Numbered from the stretch's first letter, positions 20,531 to 31,295 are shown. The stretch: DNA of 64,000 bases from Candidatus Babeliales bacterium (GCA_963743635.1 CAVUQO010000003.1:160001-224000), one strand, 5' to 3'. Numbers and translations: made by a program. Notes: a model not told the origin generated them from the letters alone.

Positions 20531-22222
20531 ATGAAAGTATCGAGAATACAACTATTATTGATTGTGATGGGTTTATGGGGAGTGGATGCGCAGGGGGTGG
20601 ATAATTCTCTGTATCAAACATGCGATGGAGATTTATACGGTAAAACATTCTTCTCATTCAGGCCGCAAGATTCAGATTCTTCACGCAGGATTTTGACATG
20701 GTTTAATGCGGATTATATAGCAAAACCTCACAAGCTTCAGGATAATACATGCTCGTGGCCTATAACGGGCCGATATCAGAACATGCGCTGCATGTTAGTG
20801 ATATCTCCTCAATACACGCGTTCTTTTGACACGAAGTGGTATTGCGCAATGGTTTTTCTTTAATGGGTGCGACCAAATGTCGGTCGGTATTCCCGATCAA
20901 TACGAAACATTTGATATTGATGGCAGCCAAATTGGATTAAGTTTGGGAACCATTACTGGTGAGTACGGGGAAATCGGTATCGCTTACGCCAGGTAAGATT
21001 GGCTCAGTATGGGCAAAGCCACTCATAGAAAACTTCATTATCGATCTTGATTTTTGGTACAATCTGAGCGATTGGCATGAAAATCTTTGGGCAAGAATTG
21101 AACTTCCCGTTGTATATATGAAAACTGATATGCACATGCGGGCATCAGGCCGTGGCGTACAAACGGACCCCTATCCTTATGGATTATTTTCACTTGATTT
21201 TACTAACACTCAGAATGCTTATGGCGATCAAATTTGTGATCAAACGCCAGTACCATATAATTCTATTCTCTGTGCGCTTGAGGGCAATCAAGGATGGGGC
21301 GCAGTTGAGCCCCTTAAATCGGGTAAATTTTCTACGCGGGAGCTCAGTAGATGGGGCGTAGCAGGGCTGCATTTCGATCTTGGATATGATTTTTATGATA
21401 GTAGGCCATGGTATGCAGCGGGTAGTTTGCATGTGGTGTTCCCAACTGGCACAAAGCCTAAAGGTGATTATGTGTTAGAACCGGTCATCGGCGCGAATAA
21501 ATCATGGCAACTGGGTGCAACGGTGATTGCCAATTACATTAAAGAATTGAGCAATAGCGAATTTGGCGTCTATTTTTACGCCGTAGGAACTCATCTTTTC
21601 AGATCAAAACAGGATCGCGTCTTTTCCTCTACTTGCGAATGGGCCAGGAAGCCAAGTTGTTCTTTTAAAGCAGTTTAATGTTGCCAATACAGAATTATTG
21701 AGTGCTACACGAGAGGCAAATATTTTTTGCGGAGAAACCAAAATTGGTGCATCGCTCATGTTTGATGGGTCATTAATGTTTCAATATAGTCGACAAGAAT
21801 TTGTATTAGATGCGGGATACAATTTCTGGGTACGCACGAAAGAAAGAAGCTCTAATAAAGTTTGCTTTAGAGAATTTGCTGATAATGAATTTGGTATTAA
21901 GGGCTCTATGCCCATGAAAGAAAATCAAGCGGTTGGATGTATTTATACACCATTGCAATGTCTTCCCGATTTGACGACTGAGCATTGCGTCACCATTGCG
22001 GGCGGTTCGCTTGAAGTTGATGATCCAGCAATTTTTATTCAAGCCTCTGACGTCAATTATGGATCAGCGCTTGCGCCAACTTGCATGTCGAATAAAGTAT
22101 TTGCCGCGATCGGTTATAAATCATCATGGTTTGTGTTGCTGTCTGGCGAAGCTGAATTCGGTATGAGCAATGCAGCGATAAACCAGTGGGGTATAATGTT
22201 AAAAATCGGCAAAGATTTTTAA
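20531..22222 (+). CDS. Putative outer-membrane beta-barrel-like protein, split by three apparent frameshifts (~20832, ~20960-20995, ~21627)
   Basis: Fragments join into one protein paralogous to 51596-53347 (PTG..P.G....EP..G.N; NxFxxxxKI/V); ends WGIMLKIGKDF, a C-terminal Phe beta-signal pattern. Confidence 0.65.
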
Positions 22223-22237
22223 CATCTATTCCGAAAT

Positions 22238-22349
22238 CCGATCATCCTGAGCCTGACGAAGGATGGGGCGTGATGGTGAAGATAGGTAAAGATTTTTAAA
22301 GCGGCGCAGCCCGAAGTCCTTCGGTCCCTTCGGGCCTCAGGATGATCGG
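22238..22349. repeat. Inverted REP-like pair enclosing a diverged copy of the upstream gene's last 12 codons
   Basis: Arms 22238-22263 and 22317-22349; insert 22264-22299. Confidence 0.85.
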
Positions 22350-22466
22350 GGCGTAGACGCAAAGTCCTTAAAAAAAAATATCCTTGCAATTTGAACCTGT
22401 AAAGTAATACGATCTTTTACAAAAGGAAAAAGATTAAAAAAAAGTGACATATTAAAGAGGGGCTCT

Positions 22467-25403
22467 ATGAAGAAATGTAGCTTTTCCTGTATCATAGTGC
22501 TCCTGATAGCGTGTGTCCCATTACTGCAAGCGTCGACGTCAATTGCAGTAATAGAAAATAAAGATCGCTTTGATACTATTGTCCGATCAGATACGCCAAG
22601 CGTGATCGTGTTTACCGCTCAGTGGTGTGCTGCATGCCAAGATCTGGAAACTTCATTGCAAAAAGTTGCTGCCAATCCAAAATTTAAACACGTTGTTTTT
22701 GCAACCATAAATGCTGATGCCAACAAAGCACTTGCACGTCAATACAAACTTCACACGAAAGGCATACCAATAATGCTTTTCATGCAGGGTGGTGTGAAAA
22801 AACATGTGATAGTCGGTGCACAAAATGAAGAAGTCATCAGTGCTGCAATCAAAGCCGCGTTTCCATCTTCCCTTGAAGAAAAACTGGATACAGTAGCGCA
22901 TGAGCTCAGGGAGATTACGATAACAGCGAGTAAAAAAGTAGAACAAAAGCTGGATGCGATAGTCGACGAAATCCGAGATGCTGCAACCAAGAAAAAAGCC
23001 GACAAAATCGCAAGGCAAGCATCTGTGGCAACCTTGTTTCAATCATCATTCACGGACACCAAGGATATGATTAACGGGCTTATGCACAACATTAAGAGTG
23101 GCATTGAAAATATGATTACAGCGAAGGTTTCCACTCTTTCAGAAGAACAGCGGCAGGCAGTAGCGCGAGAAATTCAAGATGCTACTCGAGTGGCAGAGAA
23201 AAAAGTAGAAGCGAAACTGGAGATGATAGCGCAAGATATCAAAAATGCCGTGGTTAAAAAAGAAGTAGAATCAATTGAAGAGCACCATGAAAGCACTGCT
23301 GATCAACAAAGCATAGCGCTATCTCAAGAAGAACCCACTCGTGCCCAGCCAGCGGCATTAACCCCATCTGCTATGATAATAACGCAAACATTCCTCAGAG
23401 AGATGCTGAGCGATCTTACCAATAAGGTTAAGTGCTGTTGTAGTGATATGTGCACGGCTACCAGTAATGCCGCACTTGCTACAAAAGCAACATTGTCGGA
23501 TGTAGGCAATAGGGCCGCAACTGGCGCTATTGCAACGGGCAAAAAAACTCAAGAATCGCTGAGCAATCTGACTAATAAGATCAAGTGCTGCTGTAGCGAT
23601 ATGTGCACTGCTACCAGCAATGCCGCACTTGCCACAAAAGAAACATTGTCAGATGTAGCGAGTAGGGCAGCAAATGGTGCTATTGCAACGGGCAAGAAGG
23701 CTCAAGAAACTCTGACTCACGTAGCGCAGAAGACTAAAGATGGCGCTATCGCCGTAGGAAGTAGCGTGAAAGAAAAAATGGCAACTGCAATGCAAATGTC
23801 CATAGATACTGCTATCGCAGCAGGAAGCACCGTGGAAATGACGCTGACAAGCGCAGCGCAAAAGACTAAAGATGCCGCAATTGCTACACAAGAAAGACTG
23901 TCAGACTTGGCGCAGAAGACTAAAGATGGCGCTCTTGCAGTAGGAAGTAGCGTGAAAGAAAAAATGGCAGTTGCAATGCAAATATCTATAGATACTGCTA
24001 TCGCAGCAGGAAGCACCGTGGAAATGACGCTGACAAGCGCAGCGCAAAAGACTAAAGATGCCGCAATTGCTACACAAGAAAGACTGTCAGACTTGGCGCA
24101 AAAGACTAAAGATGGCGCTCTTGCAGTAGGAAGTAGCGTGAAAGAAAAAATGGCAGTTGCAATGCAAATATCTATAGATACTGCTATCGCAGCAGGAAGC
24201 GCCGTGGAAATGACGCTGACAAGCGCAGCGCAAAAGACTAAAGATGCCGCTATCACAGCAGGCAACTCGATAGCATCATGTGCTACAAATCTGTGGCAGG
24301 CCTTTGTTGATATCATGGTATCTGCATTCAATGCTGCTAAGGAAATGCTGAGCAATCTTATCAATAAGATTAAGTGCTACTTTAATGATATGTGTACCGC
24401 TACCAGTAATGCCGCAATGGCTGCAAAAGAAACATTGTCAGACGTAGGTAATAAGGCCGCAAATGGCGCTCTTGCAACGGGCAAGAAAGCTCAAGAAGCG
24501 TTGGCAAGCGCAGCGCAGAAGACTAAAGATATCGCTATCACAGCAGGCAACTCGATAGCATCATGTGCTACAAATCTGTGGCAAGCCGTTCTTGATATCA
24601 TTGTACGTGCATTCAATGCTGCTAAGGAAATGCTGAGCAATCTTATCAATAAAATTAAGTGCTACTTTAGTGATATGTGCACCGCTACCGGTAATGCCGC
24701 AATGGCTGCAAAAGAAACATTGTCAGATGTAGGCAATAAGGCCGCAAATGGCGCTATTGCAACGGGCAAGAAGGCTCAAGAAACTCTGACTCATGTAGCG
24801 CAAAAGACTAAAGATGCCGCAATTGCTACACAAGAAAGGATGTCAGACTTAGCGCAAAGGACTAAAGATGGCGCTATCGCGGCAGGAAGTAGAATGAAAG
24901 AACAAATGGCAGCTGCAATGCAAATATCCGTAGATACTGCTATCGCGGCAGGAAGCGCTGTAGAGATGACGTTGGCAAGCGCAGCGCAGAAGACTACAGA
25001 TGCTGCACTTGCTACAAAAGAAACATTGTCGAATGTAGCGAATAAGGCCGCAAATGGCGCTATTGCAACGGGCAAGAAGGCTCAAGAAACTCTGACTCAC
25101 GTAGCGCAGAAGACTAAGGATGGCGCCCTTGCAGTAGGAAGTAGCGTGAAAGAAAAAATGGCAGCTGCAATGCAAATGTCCATAGATACTGCTATCGCAG
25201 CAGGAAGCACCGTGGAAATAACGCTCACAAGCGCAGCGCAGAAAACTAAAGATGCTGCTATCACAGCAGGCAACTCGATAGCATCATTTGCTACAAATCT
25301 GTGGCAGGCCGTTGTTGATATCATCGTACGTGCATTCGATGCCGCTAAAGAAATGCTAAGCAATCTTGTCAATCCGCACCGGGCGCAGCCCGAGCAGGGG
25401 TAG
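22467..25403 (+). CDS. Exported thioredoxin-domain protein with long amphipathic helical repeats
   Basis: Signal peptide; FTAQWCAAC and GIP; 186-bp tandem repeats (~23724, 23910, 24096) and other shuffled blocks. Confidence 0.85.
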   Translation: MKKCSFSCIIVLLIACVPLLQASTSIAVIENKDRFDTIVRSDTPSVIVFTAQWCAACQDLETSLQKVAANPKFKHVVFATINADANKALARQYKLHTKGIPIMLFMQGGVKKHVIVGAQNEEVISAAIKAAFPSSLEEKLDTVAHELREITITASKKVEQKLDAIVDEIRDAATKKKADKIARQASVATLFQSSFTDTKDMINGLMHNIKSGIENMITAKVSTLSEEQRQAVAREIQDATRVAEKKVEAKLEMIAQDIKNAVVKKEVESIEEHHESTADQQSIALSQEEPTRAQPAALTPSAMIITQTFLREMLSDLTNKVKCCCSDMCTATSNAALATKATLSDVGNRAATGAIATGKKTQESLSNLTNKIKCCCSDMCTATSNAALATKETLSDVASRAANGAIATGKKAQETLTHVAQKTKDGAIAVGSSVKEKMATAMQMSIDTAIAAGSTVEMTLTSAAQKTKDAAIATQERLSDLAQKTKDGALAVGSSVKEKMAVAMQISIDTAIAAGSTVEMTLTSAAQKTKDAAIATQERLSDLAQKTKDGALAVGSSVKEKMAVAMQISIDTAIAAGSAVEMTLTSAAQKTKDAAITAGNSIASCATNLWQAFVDIMVSAFNAAKEMLSNLINKIKCYFNDMCTATSNAAMAAKETLSDVGNKAANGALATGKKAQEALASAAQKTKDIAITAGNSIASCATNLWQAVLDIIVRAFNAAKEMLSNLINKIKCYFSDMCTATGNAAMAAKETLSDVGNKAANGAIATGKKAQETLTHVAQKTKDAAIATQERMSDLAQRTKDGAIAAGSRMKEQMAAAMQISVDTAIAAGSAVEMTLASAAQKTTDAALATKETLSNVANKAANGAIATGKKAQETLTHVAQKTKDGALAVGSSVKEKMAAAMQMSIDTAIAAGSTVEITLTSAAQKTKDAAITAGNSIASFATNLWQAVVDIIVRAFDAAKEMLSNLVNPHRAQPEQG

Positions 25404-25494
25404 GCAGATCAGCAGTTGAAAGTGAAGACGCGGGGGTAATGTTACAAACTGAGAGACTGAGGCAGAATAGTAACAAAATGGTATGTTTCTTCAT
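25369..25494 (-). pseudogene. 5' remnant (RBS + signal peptide, 41 aa) of a fibre-family gene
   Basis: MKKHTILLLFCLSLSVCNITPASSLST; upstream 25 bp identical to 8915-8939; RBS context resembles the 4250 gene. Confidence 0.55.
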
Positions 25495-25566
25495 GTACTT
25501 CCCTTTTTCTAAAAAAGTATTTTTAAGAACGTAACAATTTTATGATATGCTTCCTAGCGAGGATTT

Positions 25567-27384
25567 TTAGTGGAAATTTTTTATGAGGTTTATCCAGTAA
25601 TCTGCATATATTTTTTCTAAAAAATACGATTGATGTTTAAGTTGTTGATATTTTTGTTCCAAAAAATATTCATTAATCTCAGTCCAATCATTTACGAATA
25701 TCACCGGAAGCCCATCATAGAGAGCATCAAGAGGTGAATGCCTGATAATGGGAATGCAGCCAATCAAGAGCGCTTCCCAAATGCGATGACAATCAAATCC
25801 ATTTCCCGGCGGATTGACGATGTATCGATAGCATTTCATCTCTTTTAAATATTCAGCGGGCGATTTGAATTTGGCGTGATGGGAAAATGATAGATCAGCA
25901 AGAATATCGAGCGCTCGTTGCCGTTCCATAGGATTATTTTCCACCAAAAAATTTAAATATATTTTTGGCACTCGTTGTTCAAGCGGGGGAATATCCTGGA
26001 TAGCGTGTAAAAAAAGTTCCACATTGCCATGAGGCCATCGACTATTGGCAAGGCCGATCGGAATGGGTATGAGCTTTGGATGGTTGTAATCAATGTTTTG
26101 CGCAAACCAGACGACGAGTTTTGGATCATCAAGATACGCTGATAAATCTGTTTTCAAAGACGAGCAATTATTCGAGAGTAAAAATATCGGCGATAGATCG
26201 CTGTTATGGGTGATGAGAATGTAGGGGTTGGTTATTTTTGGGTGCATGATCTCAAAGAAACTCGGAGCATAATCAGTTTTTAGAAAAATGATATCGTAGG
26301 GCTTAACCGTATTAGGATCAAGCGATAGATTGGTTTCATCAAGAATATGATTCGCTATTGCTCTGAACGTATCTCCCGATATAAAGGGATAGCTGGAGCC
26401 GCGGATATCTTGCGCCTGCGGTGAGGCATCTATGAGTGATGAGTATGCATCATATTCGCGTAAGAAAAAATTCTGCAGATGAGCAAGTGGGCAATTTCGA
26501 TGCAGATCTTCACCATCAATATACGCTATTTTCTCCGGAGGATAATGTGCTGTAACGGTATCATGAAACATGCATCCATGGTGCACATAGCCATATATAA
26601 TGCATTCAAACTCTTTATTTTTTATGCGATTTTCAATATCAGTTCTATCGACCGACACATCATTGATAACTTTTGTACGCGTAAATCCTTTGCCCCACAT
26701 ATTTTTGGTATTGCCTTGGTAATTGGTATATATGAGATCTACTTTCGGAAAATCTATGACAATTGCGGGATTAATTTGCTTTAGGCCGATCAGTATAGCG
26801 GTTTTAAGATAGTCTCCATCAGCATCGAGGCCTAAAAATAAAATCTTGCCCTTTCCAGAATACCCGATGGTATCGAGTAGGTATTGCGCCATACTGCGTG
26901 TGGAAAGATGTGTTCTGGTGTATTCAAGAAGCTCAGCGAGAATTTTATAGTATCGCTTCTTATCAAAAATGGTGTGGTTAATTTTGCCATATGATACGCC
27001 AGGCAGATTCATGGCCTCTTTTATCAATTTTTTTGGTAATAAGTGCATGTTGGTTTCAGGGCAATCATCAAGATCAATAAAATAGGGAATGCATCCATTA
27101 GCAAGAATTTCATAGTGACGCATGCAATCCCAGCCGCCTTTTTTACACGTGATGCCAAAAAAAGAGCGCTGATAATCTTGGTAATAGTCTTGTTCATTTT
27201 CGTAGATATACGTATTTAAATTTCCGGGAATAATGAATGCAAAGTCTTGCGTTTTTTCGGGAATGTCGCTCACTATTTTAGTTTCTGAAATAGCAAAACT
27301 TATGGGAAATGGTTTGCTTTCTGCTGCGTGATAGGGGGAGCATAGTAATAGAATGCTTAAAAATAGATGGTTTTTTGGGTGCAT
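25567..27384 (-). CDS. Two-domain putative glycosyltransferase with signal peptide
   Basis: KKGGWDCMRHYEILANGCIPY and PPGNGFDCHRIWEALLIGCIPI, GT-B/exostosin-like C-terminal motifs. Confidence 0.7.
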   Translation of the reverse strand: MHPKNHLFLSILLLCSPYHAAESKPFPISFAISETKIVSDIPEKTQDFAFIIPGNLNTYIYENEQDYYQDYQRSFFGITCKKGGWDCMRHYEILANGCIPYFIDLDDCPETNMHLLPKKLIKEAMNLPGVSYGKINHTIFDKKRYYKILAELLEYTRTHLSTRSMAQYLLDTIGYSGKGKILFLGLDADGDYLKTAILIGLKQINPAIVIDFPKVDLIYTNYQGNTKNMWGKGFTRTKVINDVSVDRTDIENRIKNKEFECIIYGYVHHGCMFHDTVTAHYPPEKIAYIDGEDLHRNCPLAHLQNFFLREYDAYSSLIDASPQAQDIRGSSYPFISGDTFRAIANHILDETNLSLDPNTVKPYDIIFLKTDYAPSFFEIMHPKITNPYILITHNSDLSPIFLLSNNCSSLKTDLSAYLDDPKLVVWFAQNIDYNHPKLIPIPIGLANSRWPHGNVELFLHAIQDIPPLEQRVPKIYLNFLVENNPMERQRALDILADLSFSHHAKFKSPAEYLKEMKCYRYIVNPPGNGFDCHRIWEALLIGCIPIIRHSPLDALYDGLPVIFVNDWTEINEYFLEQKYQQLKHQSYFLEKIYADYWINLIKNFH

Positions 27385-27489
27385 GATTAAAATCCTTTTG
27401 TGTTTTTTCAAAAAACACGTGGTTATACCTGGGGTTCATGCTATTTTAATGGGGTTATTTGTCAAACCGGTTTTTTTAAAAAAGGAATC

Positions 27490-28299
27490 ATGATGAGCAT
27501 GTGTTGCGCACGATTACTCATAAGTATAGTGATATTTTTAACTACAACGTTTTCTCTCTGCGCGAACAATGAAGGCGATGTTCAGAAAAAGGAAATCAAA
27601 GTCTTAGTGCTCATCATTGCTTCCGATGATAAGCCTATTTATAGCTCGCTTCAAACGATCTGGAGAAGTTATATGCATAATGATCCAGAACATGTAGAAG
27701 CTTATTTTATTAAAGCTAATCCCGAGTTATCATCTGACTATCAGATCGAAGCAGATGTGATATGGTCAAAAACGGTTGAAAATATTACGCCTGGCATTGT
27801 TAATAAAACGATCTTATCTCTGGAAGCGTTGCTCCCGCGCATAAAAACAGAATTTGATTATGTGTTACGCACTAATCTATCATCTTTTTATATCTTCCCA
27901 CGGTTATTAACATTCTTGGAAAGATGCCCGATCCGCAATTTCTATTGTTCTGGCGGACATGCTCATTTTGCTTCAGGATCTGGTTTTCTTATGTCGCCTG
28001 ATGTAGTGGAACTATTAGTAACTCACAAGTATGAGTTGATTAATGGCGTTTCTGCCAATGATGACGTGGTTATAGGAAATTTTTTGTATCAGAAAAACAT
28101 ATTCGTAACGCATCATCCAAGAATAGATATTCTGAATGTGGGAGATTGGGATATTGTAAAAAATCATATTCCAAATGATGTGTTTCAGTTAAGAGTCAAG
28201 AATGATGATCAGGTGCGCTTAAGCAATGATATGTATATTCAGAATCAGCTATTGGACATGTTTTATTCCAAATCGATTTTTAACAAGGAGCGTCAATGA
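27490..28299 (+). CDS. Putative glycosyltransferase with signal peptide/anchor
   Basis: FDYVLRTNLSSF, SGSGFLMSPD and DDVVIG motifs resembling GT31/galactosyltransferase-like GT-A proteins. Confidence 0.6.
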   Translation: MMSMCCARLLISIVIFLTTTFSLCANNEGDVQKKEIKVLVLIIASDDKPIYSSLQTIWRSYMHNDPEHVEAYFIKANPELSSDYQIEADVIWSKTVENITPGIVNKTILSLEALLPRIKTEFDYVLRTNLSSFYIFPRLLTFLERCPIRNFYCSGGHAHFASGSGFLMSPDVVELLVTHKYELINGVSANDDVVIGNFLYQKNIFVTHHPRIDILNVGDWDIVKNHIPNDVFQLRVKNDDQVRLSNDMYIQNQLLDMFYSKSIFNKERQ

Positions 28300-30011
28300 A
28301 ATTTGTTATCTCTATTCGATCATTGTTATTATCGCTATTTTTTATCACGACGCTTTCTATACACGCTCATTATCGGCAACATGCTGAGATTTTAGTCTAT
28401 GCCGAGAGCAATGATTCCCAAAAATTAGTAGATAGTATCTTCAGGCAATTCGATCTACGGTATAAAAATATTCACACTTTAGATTCTCAAGATGAGAAGC
28501 ATTTGTATATTGTGGCTGGTAACTTGACTGGGTTAACTGTATCCATGATGCCCAAGCGTTATATAATCTATAAAACAGAGCCATCTGTTGTGGATATGGG
28601 CCTATTAGCTGGTGCGACAGCGGTGTGGGATACGAGTGTAGAGAGTATTAACTCTTATAAAAACAGTGTCCCTCATTATTATTATCTTCCCAATGATAGG
28701 TATGAATTTTTAGACCCTGTTATATTATCTTGTTTCTTGCCATTGCATGCATTAGATGCTTATCGCAGTATGTTGGCATATAGTAATGCCTATCCATCAG
28801 ACATCTCGAGTCACATTCCCGCACTATTTTGCCATTGCCTCTCTGTTAATCCTGAAGTTATTGTGGAAGCGGGTATCCGCTGGGGAGATGGATCGACGGT
28901 AGCGCTGCGTGCGGTAAAAGATATTTCGGCAGCATATATGATAGGAATTGACGTGAATGATTGCTCGCATATTTATAGAGGTATGAGCAATGCGCGCTTT
29001 TTGCATATTAATGATCTCGATCTTCCGCAGCATGTAAAAAACATGCCGCTGAAAAAAAATACCATAGATTTTGCATTTATAGATACCACGCACCTCTATG
29101 ATCATACTTTGAAAGAACTTGCACTTTTTGAATCTATGCTTTCAGAGGATGGTATCATTGCGCTCCATGACACCAACCCTTTACCTACAGATCCTCAAGG
29201 GGTCCGTAATGCTCTCAGGGATTATTATAATCTCAATCTTGATGTGAATAAATATTGCTCACAAATCATAGAAAAGAACAATTATTACTGGAGAATCACT
29301 CATTATCCATTTTGTAATGGCATGTCGATCATTCAACGATTAGAAAAAATAAAGGCTGGAGTATTGCATCCGCAGAACATAACCTATTCAGGCCTAGATT
29401 ATCGTAGAGTCCCCTTAGATCATATGCTTACTCAGATACTGAACATGCAAAATGGGATCTTTATTGAAGTAGGTGCACATGATGGTGTATTTCAATCCAA
29501 TACAAAACTCCTAGAAGATTATTATGGTTGGAGGGGCATTCTGATAGAACCGTCTGAAATTGTTTTTAATAAACTCAGTCATAATCGACCTCATGCAAGA
29601 TGTTTCAATTGTGCGCTTGGCACCTTTGAAGAGCATGATACCTATGCATATGGCGATTTTGATGAAGATGGCATGTCAAGTTTGACCGGTAGGTTGAATC
29701 GCCCTAAGACATGTAAGGTGTATATGCGTAGCCTCCAATCAATCCTTGATGAGTGTGGCGTGCATCACATAAATTTCTTTTCACTGGATACTGAAGGGTA
29801 TGAGCTTAATATTTTGAAAGGCATAGATTTTAATAAAACCACGTTTGATTATCTGCTTATTGAGATCTATCCGCAGGCATATAGCGATATTGTTTCGTTT
29901 TTAGATAGCAAGGGATACGTCTTAGTAACCTGCCTTTCAAATTATAATCCTCAAACTAATCCCCTTTGGGATGGAACCCATAATGATTATTTATTCAAAA
30001 GAAGAGTTTAA
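28296..30011 (+). CDS. Double SAM methyltransferase (Methyltransf_24-like + FkbM-like) with signal peptide
   Basis: VEAGIRWGDGST...FIDTTHLY...LHD; FIEVGAHDG...IEP...SLDTEGYE. Confidence 0.8.
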   Translation: MKFVISIRSLLLSLFFITTLSIHAHYRQHAEILVYAESNDSQKLVDSIFRQFDLRYKNIHTLDSQDEKHLYIVAGNLTGLTVSMMPKRYIIYKTEPSVVDMGLLAGATAVWDTSVESINSYKNSVPHYYYLPNDRYEFLDPVILSCFLPLHALDAYRSMLAYSNAYPSDISSHIPALFCHCLSVNPEVIVEAGIRWGDGSTVALRAVKDISAAYMIGIDVNDCSHIYRGMSNARFLHINDLDLPQHVKNMPLKKNTIDFAFIDTTHLYDHTLKELALFESMLSEDGIIALHDTNPLPTDPQGVRNALRDYYNLNLDVNKYCSQIIEKNNYYWRITHYPFCNGMSIIQRLEKIKAGVLHPQNITYSGLDYRRVPLDHMLTQILNMQNGIFIEVGAHDGVFQSNTKLLEDYYGWRGILIEPSEIVFNKLSHNRPHARCFNCALGTFEEHDTYAYGDFDEDGMSSLTGRLNRPKTCKVYMRSLQSILDECGVHHINFFSLDTEGYELNILKGIDFNKTTFDYLLIEIYPQAYSDIVSFLDSKGYVLVTCLSNYNPQTNPLWDGTHNDYLFKRRV

Positions 30012-30934
30012 AGGTGCATTGTACTTTTAATAATAGTACTGAAATCTTGCTTGATCTTTTCTTTGCGGTTCAACCACCATTGATGGCACGTAATTCTATA
30101 TTGTTCCAATTCAATAGGATTACATAACAAGTCGCGAATAATGTGCGTTGCTTCATCCCAAGAATCAACTGCTAAAAAGGGATGATCGCCAAATTGAAGG
30201 TGAAAATAGTCGATTGGATTTTTTTCTACTATTGGAATACAGCCACACTCAAGTGCTTCGTAAACCCGGAACGAATCAAGATTCCAATAACCGGTAGGAC
30301 ATGGAACAAAGATTGTGTTTAATAATAGATTTTGATATGCATCAACGGGCAAAGAATTTGGGGCGGCAAAATAATCTATGGGATGAATATAATAGTGAGG
30401 AATAGTCTGCAATGCATGAATCATTGCCGCTCTGGTAGGTTTTTCAGTTATTTGCCCTGCAAAGCTCCATATGTATGTTCTTTCCTGTACTTTTTTAACC
30501 GTCCTTGAACAATGTTTCCAAAATCCGGCCTTATACCCCAAGGGGAATATATAGACATTATCATATGAGGCGAACTGCTTATGCCAGTAATTACGGAGCA
30601 CAAATTGTGCATATTTATAGTAGTCAGTCGGCTCTAGATAACATTCATCACTCAAAAGAATAACGCCAAATTTGTAATTCATATCGTGGAGTTTTTTAAA
30701 ATATGCTGAATTTCTTGGGCATCCTGCAAAGGTAATCACTATTGCGTTATCCAAAAAAACTTCATGCTTGCCATCATCGATATGAGTGATATCAAAATCA
30801 CTCAATAATTCATTGAGCCAGTCTGGCTCCCAGCACGTTGCGCGTTGAATCTGCCATACCAAATTAAGGCCATGGGTCTGCGTAGATGCAATAAGCCCCA
30901 CTATAAAAAATAGGCGAGTGAGTATTTTTTTCAT
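30008..30934 (-). CDS. Exostosin (GT47)-like glycosyltransferase with signal peptide
   Basis: WSFAGQ, FVPCPTG...DSFRVYEALECGCIPI; start at 30934 after GGAG. Confidence 0.75.
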   Translation of the reverse strand: MKKILTRLFFIVGLIASTQTHGLNLVWQIQRATCWEPDWLNELLSDFDITHIDDGKHEVFLDNAIVITFAGCPRNSAYFKKLHDMNYKFGVILLSDECYLEPTDYYKYAQFVLRNYWHKQFASYDNVYIFPLGYKAGFWKHCSRTVKKVQERTYIWSFAGQITEKPTRAAMIHALQTIPHYYIHPIDYFAAPNSLPVDAYQNLLLNTIFVPCPTGYWNLDSFRVYEALECGCIPIVEKNPIDYFHLQFGDHPFLAVDSWDEATHIIRDLLCNPIELEQYRITCHQWWLNRKEKIKQDFSTIIKSTMHL

Positions 30935-30962
30935 ATTTGTGCTCCAGGATGATTGCAAAAAA

Positions 30963-31184
30963 TTACTTTTGAAGTGCACCAACATATAAACCATTCCACC
31001 AATTTTCTCTATCAGCTCCTATGCCGGGTAAAATTTCCTCAACTCCCTGGGATAGGGTTGATTTAAGGCTGAGTGCGTTTTGAATGCTTTTTTTTACATG
31101 GTCAATAAGCATTTGAGTATCAAATGCATGCAGGGGAGCAGTAAGAAAATAGAAAGAAAGAATAAGTTTTTTTGAATAATGCAT
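30963..31184 (-). pseudogene. Short exported ORF, probably an internally deleted enzyme gene
   Basis: Good RBS and signal peptide, then HVKKSIQNA joined almost directly to WWNGLYVGALQK. Confidence 0.4.
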
Positions 31185-31234
31185 GCGAAATATCCTTTTT
31201 TGGGATTGTGGGTGAGGATATTCCCTTTCTTAAC

Positions 31235-31271
31235 AAAAATAGAGCAGGAAATGAAGCACTTCCTGCTCTAT
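31235..31271 (-). terminator. Intrinsic terminator
   Basis: ATAGAGCAGGAA-loop-TTCCTGCTCTAT with T-run on the minus strand. Confidence 0.75.
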
Positions 31272-31295
31272 GGATTATTCAGTATGCGGCAAAAA

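Noticed and set aside
23400..25370. CRISPR-like regular repeats
   Set aside because: In-frame coding repeats without unique spacers; no cas genes
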